DNA from: a virus
Taxonomy: Duplodnaviria; Caudoviricetes
Virus record (IMG/VR): IMGVR_UViG_3300037756_000030
Span: 1-43,195 of that record
Length of the DNA stretch: 43,195 nucleotides
Reading direction: 5' to 3' (one strand)
Every line of letters starts with the position of its first letter. Within the stretch, counting starts at the first letter, position 1. Below are positions 16,390-25,972 of this stretch, piece after piece. The notes under the pieces were generated by a model. It was not told the origin of the DNA. It searched no databases and worked only from the letters and a program-made list of their open reading frames with translations. A program made the translations under genes and the position numbers.

Positions 16390-17849
16390 TGCCTCGTTTC
16401 GAACCTGTCGATCACGATCCATTCGCGCCTCGGCCAATGGCGCTGATGCCGGTAGACAACGATCCGTTCGCATCGCCGGAAGACGCGTTTGCCTATGGTA
16501 AGGGGATTTCTCCCGATGCGACATGGCGCAATCTGTTGCCTGCCGCCGAGCTTGGCCTTGGGCTTGCTCCCGGCTCCGGTGAGGCAATGTCCGCCCGCGA
16601 TGCCTGGGACGCATCAGGACGGGCTGGCGCGGCGCTCACAGAGGGTAATTTCGGCGACGCCGCCTCCGAGTATCTCAACATGGGAACCGGCCTCCTCGGG
16701 GCAATCCCCGGCGCTGGCATCGTCGCACGCGGCACGAAACGCGGCGCCGCATGGATGGACCGGAACCTGCCGGAAGGGTTTAACCGGCTGCTGGATTCTG
16801 TGTATCCGAGCGATCCGCGAAGCACCACGAATATCTTTGCAGGACCGACCGCAAAGACGGCGGATCATGCCGCGCTTGCCAAGGCGCAGGAGATGAAGGC
16901 TCAGGGCGCATCGCGTGCTGACATCTGGCGTGAGACGGGCTGGGATTTGGAAAAGAGTGATCAGATCCCACGGTTTGAGATCGATGATAGTACATCATAC
17001 GTAAAGCCTGGCGCAATGGAAAGGTCTACGGATGATTCTGTCCAATTTCGTTCATTCCTGAATCACCCCAAGTTCACCAAAGCTTATCCGGAAGCCCGAA
17101 AGTGGAATGTCGAATCCTATCCGGATGAAGAACATGCAAAATGGCTTCCCCGCGCTAAGGCCATGATATTGAATAGTGATGTTGACGACGATACTGCAAG
17201 GTGGGTTTCCCTCCATGAAGGGCAGCATGGTGTTCAAGATATCGAGATTTTTGCGCAAGGTGGGTCAGGAAGTCAATTTTCGCCGCGAGACGTTGCCAAT
17301 GAGCAGAAAAGACTTATGGCTCTGACGCCAAGCGATGAGCAGGCCAGAGGCTTTCTGTATCACCGCCTTGCTGGCGAAGTCGAAGCCCGCAACGTCCAGT
17401 CCCGCATGAACATGACAGCCGCCGAGCGCCGCGCCATTCCCCCGTGGGAAACGCAGGACGTTCCAGACGACCAGCAAATTGTTAGATTTGGCAACCAGGG
17501 GCCAGCTCACTCGGCCCCTGTGGGAGGCCCTTCGGTGTCATTGCAAATGGTTGAGGACGGGACAGACGGCTACAAAACCCTTCATTTGGTACAAGATGGC
17601 AAAACCATAGGGAAAATTCAGGCACATCTGGATGAAACAGGCGACCTTTTCATCAACGATATGGCCGGTTTTGACGGGAGCAAGTGGACGGATTTCGACG
17701 CGCTGTCTAACAAAGTTGGAACGAGAGGCATGCTTCAGGTCCGCAAAGAACTGCAAACGATGTTCCCTGATATAAAAACGTTTAGCGGCGATCGTGTTGG
17801 CGGGGCGCGAGCTGATCAAATGCCCTATGTGAAAGTCAAAGCCAAATGA
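16389..17849 (+). CDS. LPD23-type polyvalent protein with HExxH zincin-like motif and appended C-terminal module
   Basis: FAGPTAKTAD...IWRETGW...RFEIDD; LHEGQHGVQ..E.FA.GGS; YHRLAGEVEARNVQSR. Confidence 0.7.
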   Translation: MPRFEPVDHDPFAPRPMALMPVDNDPFASPEDAFAYGKGISPDATWRNLLPAAELGLGLAPGSGEAMSARDAWDASGRAGAALTEGNFGDAASEYLNMGTGLLGAIPGAGIVARGTKRGAAWMDRNLPEGFNRLLDSVYPSDPRSTTNIFAGPTAKTADHAALAKAQEMKAQGASRADIWRETGWDLEKSDQIPRFEIDDSTSYVKPGAMERSTDDSVQFRSFLNHPKFTKAYPEARKWNVESYPDEEHAKWLPRAKAMILNSDVDDDTARWVSLHEGQHGVQDIEIFAQGGSGSQFSPRDVANEQKRLMALTPSDEQARGFLYHRLAGEVEARNVQSRMNMTAAERRAIPPWETQDVPDDQQIVRFGNQGPAHSAPVGGPSVSLQMVEDGTDGYKTLHLVQDGKTIGKIQAHLDETGDLFINDMAGFDGSKWTDFDALSNKVGTRGMLQVRKELQTMFPDIKTFSGDRVGGARADQMPYVKVKAK

Positions 17850-17880
17850 TTCCAGACGACCAGCAGATAGTAAGGTTCAA

Positions 17881-18177
17881 ATGACGGACGACCTCAAACC
17901 CCAAGACCTGACCGAAGACAATTTCGGTTTATGGCGTCGGCATCCGGCGACCAAGGCATTCATGCAATATCTGAATGACTATGCCCAGACACTTGCCGAT
18001 GGCCACATGAACAGATGGCTCGAAGGCAAGACGGAACGGGAACTTGAAGCAGAAGCATGCGGCCGCGTGCTGACCCTGCGTGAAATCACGGCGTTGGAGT
18101 ACAGTGACATCAAAAATCAATACCCAGATCCAATAGACGAGGAAGACATCGACAATGCAGGACAAATTACTGAGTAA
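17881..18177 (+). CDS. hypothetical head-region protein
   Basis: F..WRRHP.TK motif; coupled ORF. Confidence 0.65.
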   Translation: MTDDLKPQDLTEDNFGLWRRHPATKAFMQYLNDYAQTLADGHMNRWLEGKTERELEAEACGRVLTLREITALEYSDIKNQYPDPIDEEDIDNAGQITE

Positions 18178-18577
18178 AACCCGTATCGGGCAGTATGTTG
18201 AGAACGCATGGACCGGGGAAAATCTTTCCGGCGTCATGCCAATCGGCGATCAGGTGCTCATACTGCCGGATAAAGCGGCGGAGAAAACCATCGGCGGTAT
18301 CTACATCGCACAGTCGACCAAGGAAACGCAAGACCTCGCCGCAGAAACCGGCGTCATCGTCGCAATCGGCGATGGTGCGTGGACATGGAACATGGACCGC
18401 ACCCGGAAGTTCGAGGGCACAAAGCCCGTTATCGGACACCGGGTTTGCTTCACCCGTTATGCCGGGATGGAAGTCATCGGCGATGACGGTGAGATGTACC
18501 GTATCATGAACGATGCCTGTATCGGCGGAATACGCGGCTCCGCCCCGAGCGAATCCACACCGCTCGAAGCCGCCTGA
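18155..18577 (+). CDS. groES: phage-encoded co-chaperonin GroES
   Basis: PIGDQVLI, mobile loop KTIGGIYI, G.IVAIGDG, V.FTRYAG.EV, YRIMND. Confidence 0.85.
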   Translation: MQDKLLSKTRIGQYVENAWTGENLSGVMPIGDQVLILPDKAAEKTIGGIYIAQSTKETQDLAAETGVIVAIGDGAWTWNMDRTRKFEGTKPVIGHRVCFTRYAGMEVIGDDGEMYRIMNDACIGGIRGSAPSESTPLEAA

Positions 18578-18608
18578 TCAACGCCTGCCAATCCAAATCG
18601 AGGACATC

Positions 18609-19541
18609 ATGGACGAATTGAACACCGAAACGGTGAACGATGACGTGCGTCCTGACAATCAGGAACACGAGAATCACGAACCCAGCGATGCGGAGACACG
18701 CGCCCGCCGCATGGGATGGATACCGGAGGCCGAATGGGACGACAGCGGCATGGATCGCCGCCCGCGCAAGTTCCTGTCAGCCGACGAGTATGTCGAGAAG
18801 GTTGAAACGGATCTTCCGATCCTGCGGGAGCGCAATCGTTTCCTTGATCAGACCGTATCGAAGTTGGAAACCAAGCTAACCGAAGCCACGAGCACCATCA
18901 AATCGACGAATGATCGTGTTGGCGAACTCGGCGAACTTGTCGAGTCTCTCCACGAGCAGAACATCGAAGTCGGCAGGCGGGCCTATGAACAGGCTAAACG
19001 CGATCTGGAATCTGCAAAGCGGCGAGCTGTTGCGGAAGCAGACGAGGAAACCTACGATGCGGCCGAGCGGCGGCTGAAGGAAATCGAGCAATACAAGCCC
19101 GTCGAAAAGCCGCCGAAACAGGAAAAGAAACCTGATCCGCAACCGGCGCAAGACGCCGTGCCGCCGGAAGCCGTGGCCTGGGTCAACAAGAATCAGGACA
19201 TCTGGAACGACCGGGCTATGAACGCCACCGCCACCGCCTATCATGCGGACAATCTGGCGAAAGGCATGACGATGACGGAATCCCTTGAAAAACTGAGGGA
19301 TCAGGTCAGAACGGAATTCCCGCACAAATTCGCGAACGAACGCCGCAACGATCCTCCGGCGGTTTCCTCAACGTCGCCGCCCAAACGCGGCGGGAGCAAG
19401 GAAACATTCGAATCCATCCCGGCGGACGCCAAGCAGACCTATGAGCGGCTGAGAAAGTTCTACGAAGCCAAGGGCAAGAAATACACGCCCGAGCAGTACG
19501 CCAAATCCTATTATCTCAATCTGAAGGAGCAGCGGACATGA
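18609..19541 (+). CDS. capsid scaffolding protein
   Basis: Acidic coiled-coil, ARRMGW.P, position before capsid genes; GAGGA RBS. Confidence 0.7.
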   Translation: MDELNTETVNDDVRPDNQEHENHEPSDAETRARRMGWIPEAEWDDSGMDRRPRKFLSADEYVEKVETDLPILRERNRFLDQTVSKLETKLTEATSTIKSTNDRVGELGELVESLHEQNIEVGRRAYEQAKRDLESAKRRAVAEADEETYDAAERRLKEIEQYKPVEKPPKQEKKPDPQPAQDAVPPEAVAWVNKNQDIWNDRAMNATATAYHADNLAKGMTMTESLEKLRDQVRTEFPHKFANERRNDPPAVSSTSPPKRGGSKETFESIPADAKQTYERLRKFYEAKGKKYTPEQYAKSYYLNLKEQRT

Positions 19542-20164
19542 CGGCAACGCAGCCCGTGCGGCAGACACTGAACACCACCCCCGAAAATGAGGGTGACATC
19601 GAGGCATTACGCGAAGAAGCCAAGGAACTTGGCATCAACTCGTTCGGCCTTTCCCGCAATGCATTGCGGGCATCGATCGCGGCGGTAAAGAAGGCGCTGG
19701 AAAATCAGCCCCAGCCCCAGCCTCAGCCCGTGACCGATACTGAAGCCGATCCGGGCGAGATCCGAGCCGATGCGCTCGGCGAGGCGCTCGGCCCGAACAG
19801 CATCAAGCGCATTCCGATGGGAACGCGGGCAACCCGCCTTCCCACCGAACAGCGCGCCGGCTACTACCGGCGCTCGTTCAATGACGTGCCGGGACGCATC
19901 GAACGCGCCCGACGCGCCGGATACGAGCACGTAAAAGACCCGACCGGAGCGCCTGTGTCAACGCCAGTCGGAACCCATGAACATGGCGGCGGCATGCGCG
20001 CCTATTTCATGGAAATCCCGCAGGAATTGCGGGAACAGGATCTGGCGCAGAAGCGCACCATCAACGATGATATCGACAAGGTTCTGAATCGCGGCAAGGT
20101 TTCCGAAACCAAGGAAGACCGCCGCTACGTTCCCGATACCGGCATCAGCATCAAACGCCGGTAA
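19538..20164 (+). CDS. head-associated hypothetical protein
   Basis: GYYRR.FND.PGRI..A..AGY motif; between scaffold and capsid genes. Confidence 0.6.
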   Translation: MTATQPVRQTLNTTPENEGDIEALREEAKELGINSFGLSRNALRASIAAVKKALENQPQPQPQPVTDTEADPGEIRADALGEALGPNSIKRIPMGTRATRLPTEQRAGYYRRSFNDVPGRIERARRAGYEHVKDPTGAPVSTPVGTHEHGGGMRAYFMEIPQELREQDLAQKRTINDDIDKVLNRGKVSETKEDRRYVPDTGISIKRR

Positions 20165-20250
20165 GACTGCCCAATCGACCGCCCCAATCGAGGCCATGAC
20201 TGTTCTCGCGGGTTCGCCCCGCTTTCCCTCAACATTTGGAGATTTCCAAA

Positions 20251-20856
20251 ATGGCTAACGCTGACATTCCGCGCGGGCTTGTCCCGGTGCGGTATCGTAG
20301 TGGCGCGCCGTACAATGGGGCGGCCAACGTCTACTACGTTCCGTCGACCTATGCTACGGCGCTTTATGTCGGTGATCCGGTTCTCACGGTCACTGACGCA
20401 TCTGATGCCAATGGCATCCAAGTTGTCGAATTGGCTGCTGCAGGCGGCACGACCACTGAAGTCCTTGGCGTCATCGTTTCGTTGGCGTTCTTCGACGGGT
20501 CGCCGGTACTTCGCGATAGCGGTCGTTATCACGCGGCCAGCACTGCTGGTTATGTGATGGTTGCCGACGATCCTGATCTTCTCTTCGAAGTCCAGGAAGA
20601 TGGCGTCGGCGGTGCAATGGGCGTAGGTGCTGTCGGGCGAAAGGTCCAACTGGTTTCCGGCACCGGGTCAACCGTCACCGGCTGGTCCGGCTGGGAACTC
20701 GACTCTTCGGAACTCGCCACGACATCTACGCATCAGATGCATATCGTCGCTCCGGTTCTCCGAGCCGATAACGACCCGACGCTCACCCACGCCAAATGGC
20801 TGGTCAGCTTCAATACGGGTCGTCATGTGTTCAACACTGCCGATTCCGGCATCTAA
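20251..20856 (+). CDS. minor capsid/decoration protein
   Basis: MAN.D.PRGL.PV, LYVGDPV, V.DDPD..FEVQ; immediately before the MCP. Confidence 0.65.
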   Translation: MANADIPRGLVPVRYRSGAPYNGAANVYYVPSTYATALYVGDPVLTVTDASDANGIQVVELAAAGGTTTEVLGVIVSLAFFDGSPVLRDSGRYHAASTAGYVMVADDPDLLFEVQEDGVGGAMGVGAVGRKVQLVSGTGSTVTGWSGWELDSSELATTSTHQMHIVAPVLRADNDPTLTHAKWLVSFNTGRHVFNTADSGI

Positions 20857-20869
20857 GGGAGGCTGAAAC

Positions 20870-21778
20870 ATGTCTGTTATTACACGCGCCCAGCATCCCG
20901 CCGCCGCTTGGCCCGGAATCAAAGATTGGTTCGGGATGAACTACAAGGAATGGGAGTCCGTCTGGACACAGATCTATGAGGACAACCCATCATCCCAGTC
21001 CTATGAAGAGAGCGTCGAAGAAGTGCCGTTCGGCATTCTGTCCACCAAGACGGAAGGCGGTTCGATCGTCTACGATACCTCGCATCAGGGCTACACCCAG
21101 CGTCACACCCATGTGACCTACGGGCTGGGCTACAAGGTAACGCTTGAGGAAATGCTTTTCAACCAGTATGAAAAGCTGTCCCTGAAGCGCGCTGGACGGC
21201 TTGCGCGCTCGGTTCGCGAAACCGAAGAAATCCTGCATGCGCGGGACTTCAACAGGGCGTTCGATACCAACTTCACCTTTGGTGATGGAACGACGTTCCT
21301 TTCGACTTCGCACCCGACCGACGCCGGCAATCAGTCCAACCGGCTGACGAACGATGCGGATCTGTCCGAGGCTTCGATCGAGGATATGTGCATCCAGATC
21401 GACGACTCCAAGGATTCGCGCGGCCTTCGCTTCAACAACAACATTCGCCGGCTGATCATCCAGCACGCGAACCGTTTCGAAGCAACCCGCATCCTCAAAT
21501 CCGTGCTCCAGAACGATACCGCAAACAACGCGGTGAACGCCATCAAGGCGGAGAACGTCTTCCCTGAAGGCACTCTCGTCTGGCGTTATCTCACCGATCC
21601 GGACGCATGGTTCGTCCAGACCGACTGCGAGAACGGCATGGTGCACTACACCGCGATGGATGCGACGTTCGACAAGGACCAGTCGTTTGACAACAAAAAC
21701 GCCTGTGCATCGGTGATCACAATCTTCACGCATGGCTTCGACGATTGGAGATGTATGTGGGGAACCGAAGGCGCGTAA
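20870..21778 (+). CDS. major capsid protein
   Basis: 302 aa; K.EG..I.YD, DG..FLSTSHP, ADLSEASIE, YLTDPDAWF, DWR..WGT.GA; GGAGG RBS. Confidence 0.85.
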   Translation: MSVITRAQHPAAAWPGIKDWFGMNYKEWESVWTQIYEDNPSSQSYEESVEEVPFGILSTKTEGGSIVYDTSHQGYTQRHTHVTYGLGYKVTLEEMLFNQYEKLSLKRAGRLARSVRETEEILHARDFNRAFDTNFTFGDGTTFLSTSHPTDAGNQSNRLTNDADLSEASIEDMCIQIDDSKDSRGLRFNNNIRRLIIQHANRFEATRILKSVLQNDTANNAVNAIKAENVFPEGTLVWRYLTDPDAWFVQTDCENGMVHYTAMDATFDKDQSFDNKNACASVITIFTHGFDDWRCMWGTEGA

Positions 21779-21807
21779 AGTCAATAAAATCAATGGCTTA
21801 GCAAAAG

Positions 21808-21840
21808 CTCTGCGCCGAATTTAAAACCCTCGGCGCAGAG
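21808..21840 (+). terminator. stem-loop after the MCP gene
   Basis: CTCTGCGCCGA...TCGGCGCAGAG; no clear U-tract. Confidence 0.45.
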
Positions 21841-21966
21841 ACTGTGCGCACTGTAGCTCACGCGTTCTTCGCATCAATTTCACCTCACCACACCAAAATC
21901 CCGCGCATGAGTGGAGTAACCCGCTCTGGCTGACTCCGGCTGCTCATGTGCTTACAGGAGACTACA

Positions 21967-22968
21967 ATGGGACTTACAAACTTTCCAGGCGGCATCAGCA
22001 GCTTTGGTGTTCCGGTTCTGCCGGGCAGCATTCCCTTCGGCGTTGATTCCAAGGTGTTCTTTGTCGCGCCTTACCGCACGACCGCGAACGGGGCGTCTGA
22101 CGGCAATAGCGGGCTTAGCCCGAATCGTGCCCTGAAAACCGTCTTCGGCACCAATGGCGCCTTCTCGAAATGCCGCGATAACAAGAACGACACGATCGTC
22201 CTGATTGCCAGCGGCGAATCGGCGGCCGAGACCACCGAGGACATCACAGCCACGGCGACGTGGAACAAAGACCTTGTGCATCTGATCGGCCAATCCCGCA
22301 ACAAATATGGCCAGCGCTGCCGGTTCAACAATACCGGCACGGACGTGACGCCGATGATCGACATCACCGGATCGGGTTGCGTCTTCGCCAACTTCCAGGC
22401 CTTCTGCGGTAATGACGACGGAAACCTCGTCAACGTCCAGGTGACCGGAAACCACAACTACTTCGAGAACATCCACTTCGCCGGCATGGGCCTGACGGCA
22501 CTCGCGGGTGTGGCTGGTGCAACCTCTCTGAAGCTCGACGGCGGCACCGAGAACGTGTTCAAGGACTGCATCATCGGGCTCGACACCATCCTGCGTGACG
22601 GCGATTCCAAGGGCGAGCTTTGGTTCGACGGCGGCGCGTCGCGCATGTGGTTCGAGGACTGCATGTTCACCACCTATCTGTCTGCCGACAACCAGACCGT
22701 GACGATCGAGGATGGCACGGCGATCGATCGCACGATCGTCTTCAAGAACTGCGTCTTCTTCGCTAAATCGACCAACAAGGCGACCGCGCAGACGACGGTG
22801 TTCTCGATCCCGGCCGGCATCAGCCAGGGCGCGATCCTGCTGATCGATAGCTATGCCGGAACAGATGGCGGCGCGGCTGAATGGGACAGCGGCGATCGCG
22901 GTATCATCTGGACGAACAACGTTGCGGCGGCAGATTCTGCGGCTGGCGGCATCCTCACTAACCAGTAG
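21967..22968 (+). CDS. virion protein with pectin-lyase-like beta-helix (head fibre/decoration)
   Basis: TNFPGGISSFGVPV N-terminus; repeated N..F.NC/DC beta-helix motifs; AGGAG RBS. Confidence 0.6.
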   Translation: MGLTNFPGGISSFGVPVLPGSIPFGVDSKVFFVAPYRTTANGASDGNSGLSPNRALKTVFGTNGAFSKCRDNKNDTIVLIASGESAAETTEDITATATWNKDLVHLIGQSRNKYGQRCRFNNTGTDVTPMIDITGSGCVFANFQAFCGNDDGNLVNVQVTGNHNYFENIHFAGMGLTALAGVAGATSLKLDGGTENVFKDCIIGLDTILRDGDSKGELWFDGGASRMWFEDCMFTTYLSADNQTVTIEDGTAIDRTIVFKNCVFFAKSTNKATAQTTVFSIPAGISQGAILLIDSYAGTDGGAAEWDSGDRGIIWTNNVAAADSAAGGILTNQ

Positions 22969-23021
22969 TCTCATCCCCGCCGCGAGCTTAGCCCGGCAAG
23001 ATTTCCCTCAGGAGAATACAA

Positions 23022-23585
23022 ATGGGCATCAATAGCCTTGGAAAATACTATGATCAGGTCAAGCTTGGCCGGGTTTTTATCGGTTCAACAGCGGCTGCAG
23101 GCACGGCCTTCCCCATCGTTACTGGGACTGCCGCAACGTTCGGGCTTTGGAACACCAATCCCAACAAGGTCGCGGTGCTGCTAAGCCTGTCTGGCGGCTT
23201 TACCTCCGGCACTATTGCCCTCGGTACGATTGGCCTTGGTGCCGTTGCCGCAACCGTAGTCGCGACCGGCAGCAATATCACCGCGTTCACCGACGCTGCT
23301 CTAGGTACTACGCTTCGCAATGGTCTTGTTGGGGGCGGGGACGCGACGACTATGCGATTCACACCGTCCGCCGCCACGATCGCATCGAGCGTAGCGTTCC
23401 CGCTTTTGTGGACCGGGCCAAGTTTCCACGCCGCAACGACCGTCACGCCGAACCAACAGCAGTTCCATGTAGATTTCGATGGCAAGGTTGTTGTGCCTTA
23501 CGGCCAGTTCGTCTTCGTCGCCGGTTCGGTTGCCCAAACCGCCCTGTTCAGCATGTCGCTCGCTTGGGCTGAATACGACCTATAG
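23022..23585 (+). CDS. putative structural protein
   Basis: AGGAG RBS; G/A/T-rich beta composition. Confidence 0.55.
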   Translation: MGINSLGKYYDQVKLGRVFIGSTAAAGTAFPIVTGTAATFGLWNTNPNKVAVLLSLSGGFTSGTIALGTIGLGAVAATVVATGSNITAFTDAALGTTLRNGLVGGGDATTMRFTPSAATIASSVAFPLLWTGPSFHAATTVTPNQQQFHVDFDGKVVVPYGQFVFVAGSVAQTALFSMSLAWAEYDL

Positions 23586-23600
23586 TCAAAGGGGTATATC

Positions 23601-23993
23601 ATGGCCATCGAGACCACCACGCAAATCCTGTACGACGGCGTGCGCAATGCCGTCGTACAGATCACCGGCCGCTCCGATGGCAGCGGGCAGGAGACGGATG
23701 TCGTCAAGATCGACGTGTCTGAACTTCAGCCACCCGCCGCCCGCGTGGCCCTCAAAAACCTCACATATGACGTTGCCGGCGGGACGGTCACGCTTTCGTG
23801 GAAGGCCGATGCGAACGTGCCGTTCGCCCAGCTCCAGGGCAACGACAAGATTTGCTATGAGGCGATCAGAGGTCAGCAGAACGCCGCATGGGGCGAGTTG
23901 GGGGCGAATGGCGATATTCTGCTTTCAACGCGCGGCTTCGAACTTGACAGCATCTATACGATCAAGTTCGACCTGATCAAGAAGTACGCCTGA
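23601..23993 (+). CDS. putative structural protein
   Basis: QIL.DG.RNAVV...VVK.DVS.L...GDILLST. Confidence 0.6.
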   Translation: MAIETTTQILYDGVRNAVVQITGRSDGSGQETDVVKIDVSELQPPAARVALKNLTYDVAGGTVTLSWKADANVPFAQLQGNDKICYEAIRGQQNAAWGELGANGDILLSTRGFELDSIYTIKFDLIKKYA

Positions 23994-24160
23994 TGGCAGC
24001 AGTCCGCTCCCGCCAAGGCATGAGCCAGATCGCCATCCGTGCCGTCATCACCCGCGCTGACGGCACGGTCGAGGATCTCGGTACGATTTCCTACTGGAAT
24101 AAAAACCCGCTCAGGCGGCTTGCTTACCGCATTGGGAGGCTATTCAAATGGCGTCATTAG
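23993..24160 (+). CDS. small hypothetical protein (55 aa, below ORF-track cutoff)
   Basis: MAAVRSRQGMSQIAIRAVITRADGTVEDLGTISYWNKNPLRR...; overlaps both neighbours. Confidence 0.6.
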   Translation: MAAVRSRQGMSQIAIRAVITRADGTVEDLGTISYWNKNPLRRLAYRIGRLFKWRH

Positions 24161-24537
24161 TCGTAAATACCGGCCTCGCCAATGCTACAGCGGCTTGGCA
24201 CGCCTATGCGTCGCGAGCGCGTTATCTCGGCTGGGGCACAGGGTCCGGGCAGACCGCAACATCAACTGATCTTGCCACGGCGGCGGCTGAGGCTCGCACC
24301 GCGGGCACGACAAGTCAACAGACGACAACGACGACCTCGGATACCTACAGAATTACGGGCACCATCACTGCGACCGGCACACGGGCAATCACCGAAGTTG
24401 GCGTGTTCGATGGGGCAGGAACCGGCAGCCCTCCGTCAGGGGATAACCTGGCTGTGTACGGCGACCACACTGTAATCAACCTCGCATCAGGCGACAGCAT
24501 CCAATATACGGTGGATGTCGTGCTTGATCAGGCTTAG
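24148..24537 (+). CDS. tail/fibre-associated structural protein
   Basis: YLGWGTG, AITEVGVFD, VINLASGDSIQYT. Confidence 0.65.
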   Translation: MASLVVNTGLANATAAWHAYASRARYLGWGTGSGQTATSTDLATAAAEARTAGTTSQQTTTTTSDTYRITGTITATGTRAITEVGVFDGAGTGSPPSGDNLAVYGDHTVINLASGDSIQYTVDVVLDQA

Positions 24538-25342
24538 ATGCTGTCCCGTCTGTAGTCCTTTTGTGACAAGGCTTGCTCTTCACTCAGTCCCCTTTTCAGG
24601 CGTCTTTTGATTGTGGACATGGCTATGCCAACCTCTTTTGCAGCCTCAGCTAGGCTGAGCTTCTTGCCATTGACTAAAAACAGTCTGCACTTTCTATCGC
24701 ACTTTCTGTAGTCTTTGCTTGATATGGCCTGCTGTTCACTGAGGCCTCGTTTTAAGCGCCTCTGTAGAGTGGTCATCGATATGCCAACTTCTTTAGACAC
24801 ATCGATCAGATTGAGTTTTTTGCCGTTGACCTCAAAAAGTCTGTGTCTTCGTTGGTTACGGTTCTGTACACCCCGGGTGGCCCAACGGCAATTGCCGGGT
24901 TCGTAATCGCCGTTGCATTCAATCCGGTCCAGTGAATAGAGTTTTGATGGTCTAGGCCCCATGTCAGCAAAGAAGTTTTCAAACTTACGCCAACGTTCGC
25001 AGATTTGAATTCCTAATGCTCAGATTTTGGATTTAAGCATCGTTCGGCCATGCCTGTCCAAACCTTGTATTCAGGCAGGTGGCTTAGGCCATGCGTCTTG
25101 TTCTTGTTGATTGCATTTTCAGACTTCAGGCATCCGCAAGACTTATTATTGCCCGTACGAACGGCACTGCTGGTGGCAATGACATCGTTTCCGCACTCGC
25201 ACTTAAACTTCCAATAAGATCCGGGTCTGTTTGCTATTTTCTCAATCACCGTTAACCGGTGAAACTTTTCGCCAGCGACAATAGGATGAGGTGGATGACG
25301 CTCACGTCTGGAAATGGTAGCTTTTTCAGCAGCCTTGGTCAT
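24534..25342 (-). pseudogene. frameshifted HNH homing endonuclease with tandem C-terminal HTH repeats
   Basis: 5' part RLTVI..W.FKCECG..KSCGC..HG.S..PEY..W..M..RC.NP; continues in another frame GIQICERW..FENF.ADMG.RP..SLDRI..NGDYEPGNCRWAT; lower GC. Confidence 0.85.
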
Positions 25343-25368
25343 TGGGTGTCTCCATTGACTTGGGTTAG

Positions 25369-25400
25369 GCTCGACTTGACGCAGCAACGTCAAGTCGAGC
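25369..25400. other. perfect 13-bp inverted repeat upstream of the HNH gene
   Basis: GCTCGACTTGACG-CAGCAA-CGTCAAGTCGAGC. Confidence 0.85.
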
Positions 25401-25441
25401 TGCTGGTAATATAAGCTCGCTGATTGTTGGATTAAAGAGCT

Positions 25442-25972
25442 TTGATAGGTTCACCAGTCGGTTCCGCCATCGGTGCGGCTTTTCCCGACAATGTTGCAAC
25501 CATCTTCGATCAGGCCGTTACGGCAAACATCACAGCATCCGTCTCGGTGACGAACAGCGTCGGCAAGATCGTGACGGCTGGCGTTGATCTGGCGGCGGCA
25601 CTGGGCAATTTCACCGTTGGCAAGCTGGTGACGGCAACCGTCAATGCAACCGTATCGGTCACGAAAGCCATCGCCTACACTGTAGCAGCGGCGCTGATCG
25701 ATGCAAGCGGGACCGTCGTCAAATCTGTCGGCAAGATCGTTCCTGCTGCATTGCTTTCGGTTGCAGTCGGAGCCATCACCAAGTCTGTCGGCAAGATCGT
25801 GACGGCAACCGTCACATTGGGCGTCTCTGTTTCACGTGCAATTTCAATCACGATCACAGCGGCGCTGATGTCACTGTCCGCCGTGATTGCCACGCTGCGC
25901 CGTCATCCAGGCAAACCGCTGTTCTTCCGCGGCGCGAGCGGCAAGCGCGGTTATTGGCGAGGTTCAAGGTAA
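25442..25972 (+). CDS. structural protein with VGKIV repeats
   Basis: Repeated SVGKIV/VGKLV units; V/A/T-rich. Confidence 0.55.
   Translation: MIGSPVGSAIGAAFPDNVATIFDQAVTANITASVSVTNSVGKIVTAGVDLAAALGNFTVGKLVTATVNATVSVTKAIAYTVAAALIDASGTVVKSVGKIVPAALLSVAVGAITKSVGKIVTATVTLGVSVSRAISITITAALMSLSAVIATLRRHPGKPLFFRGASGKRGYWRGSR

Noticed and set aside
20990-22974. Long antisense ORFs (20990-21793, 21952-22974; likewise 14098-14985 and 27443-28330)
   Set aside because: Shadow frames of strongly codon-biased high-GC structural genes; no recognisable motifs.
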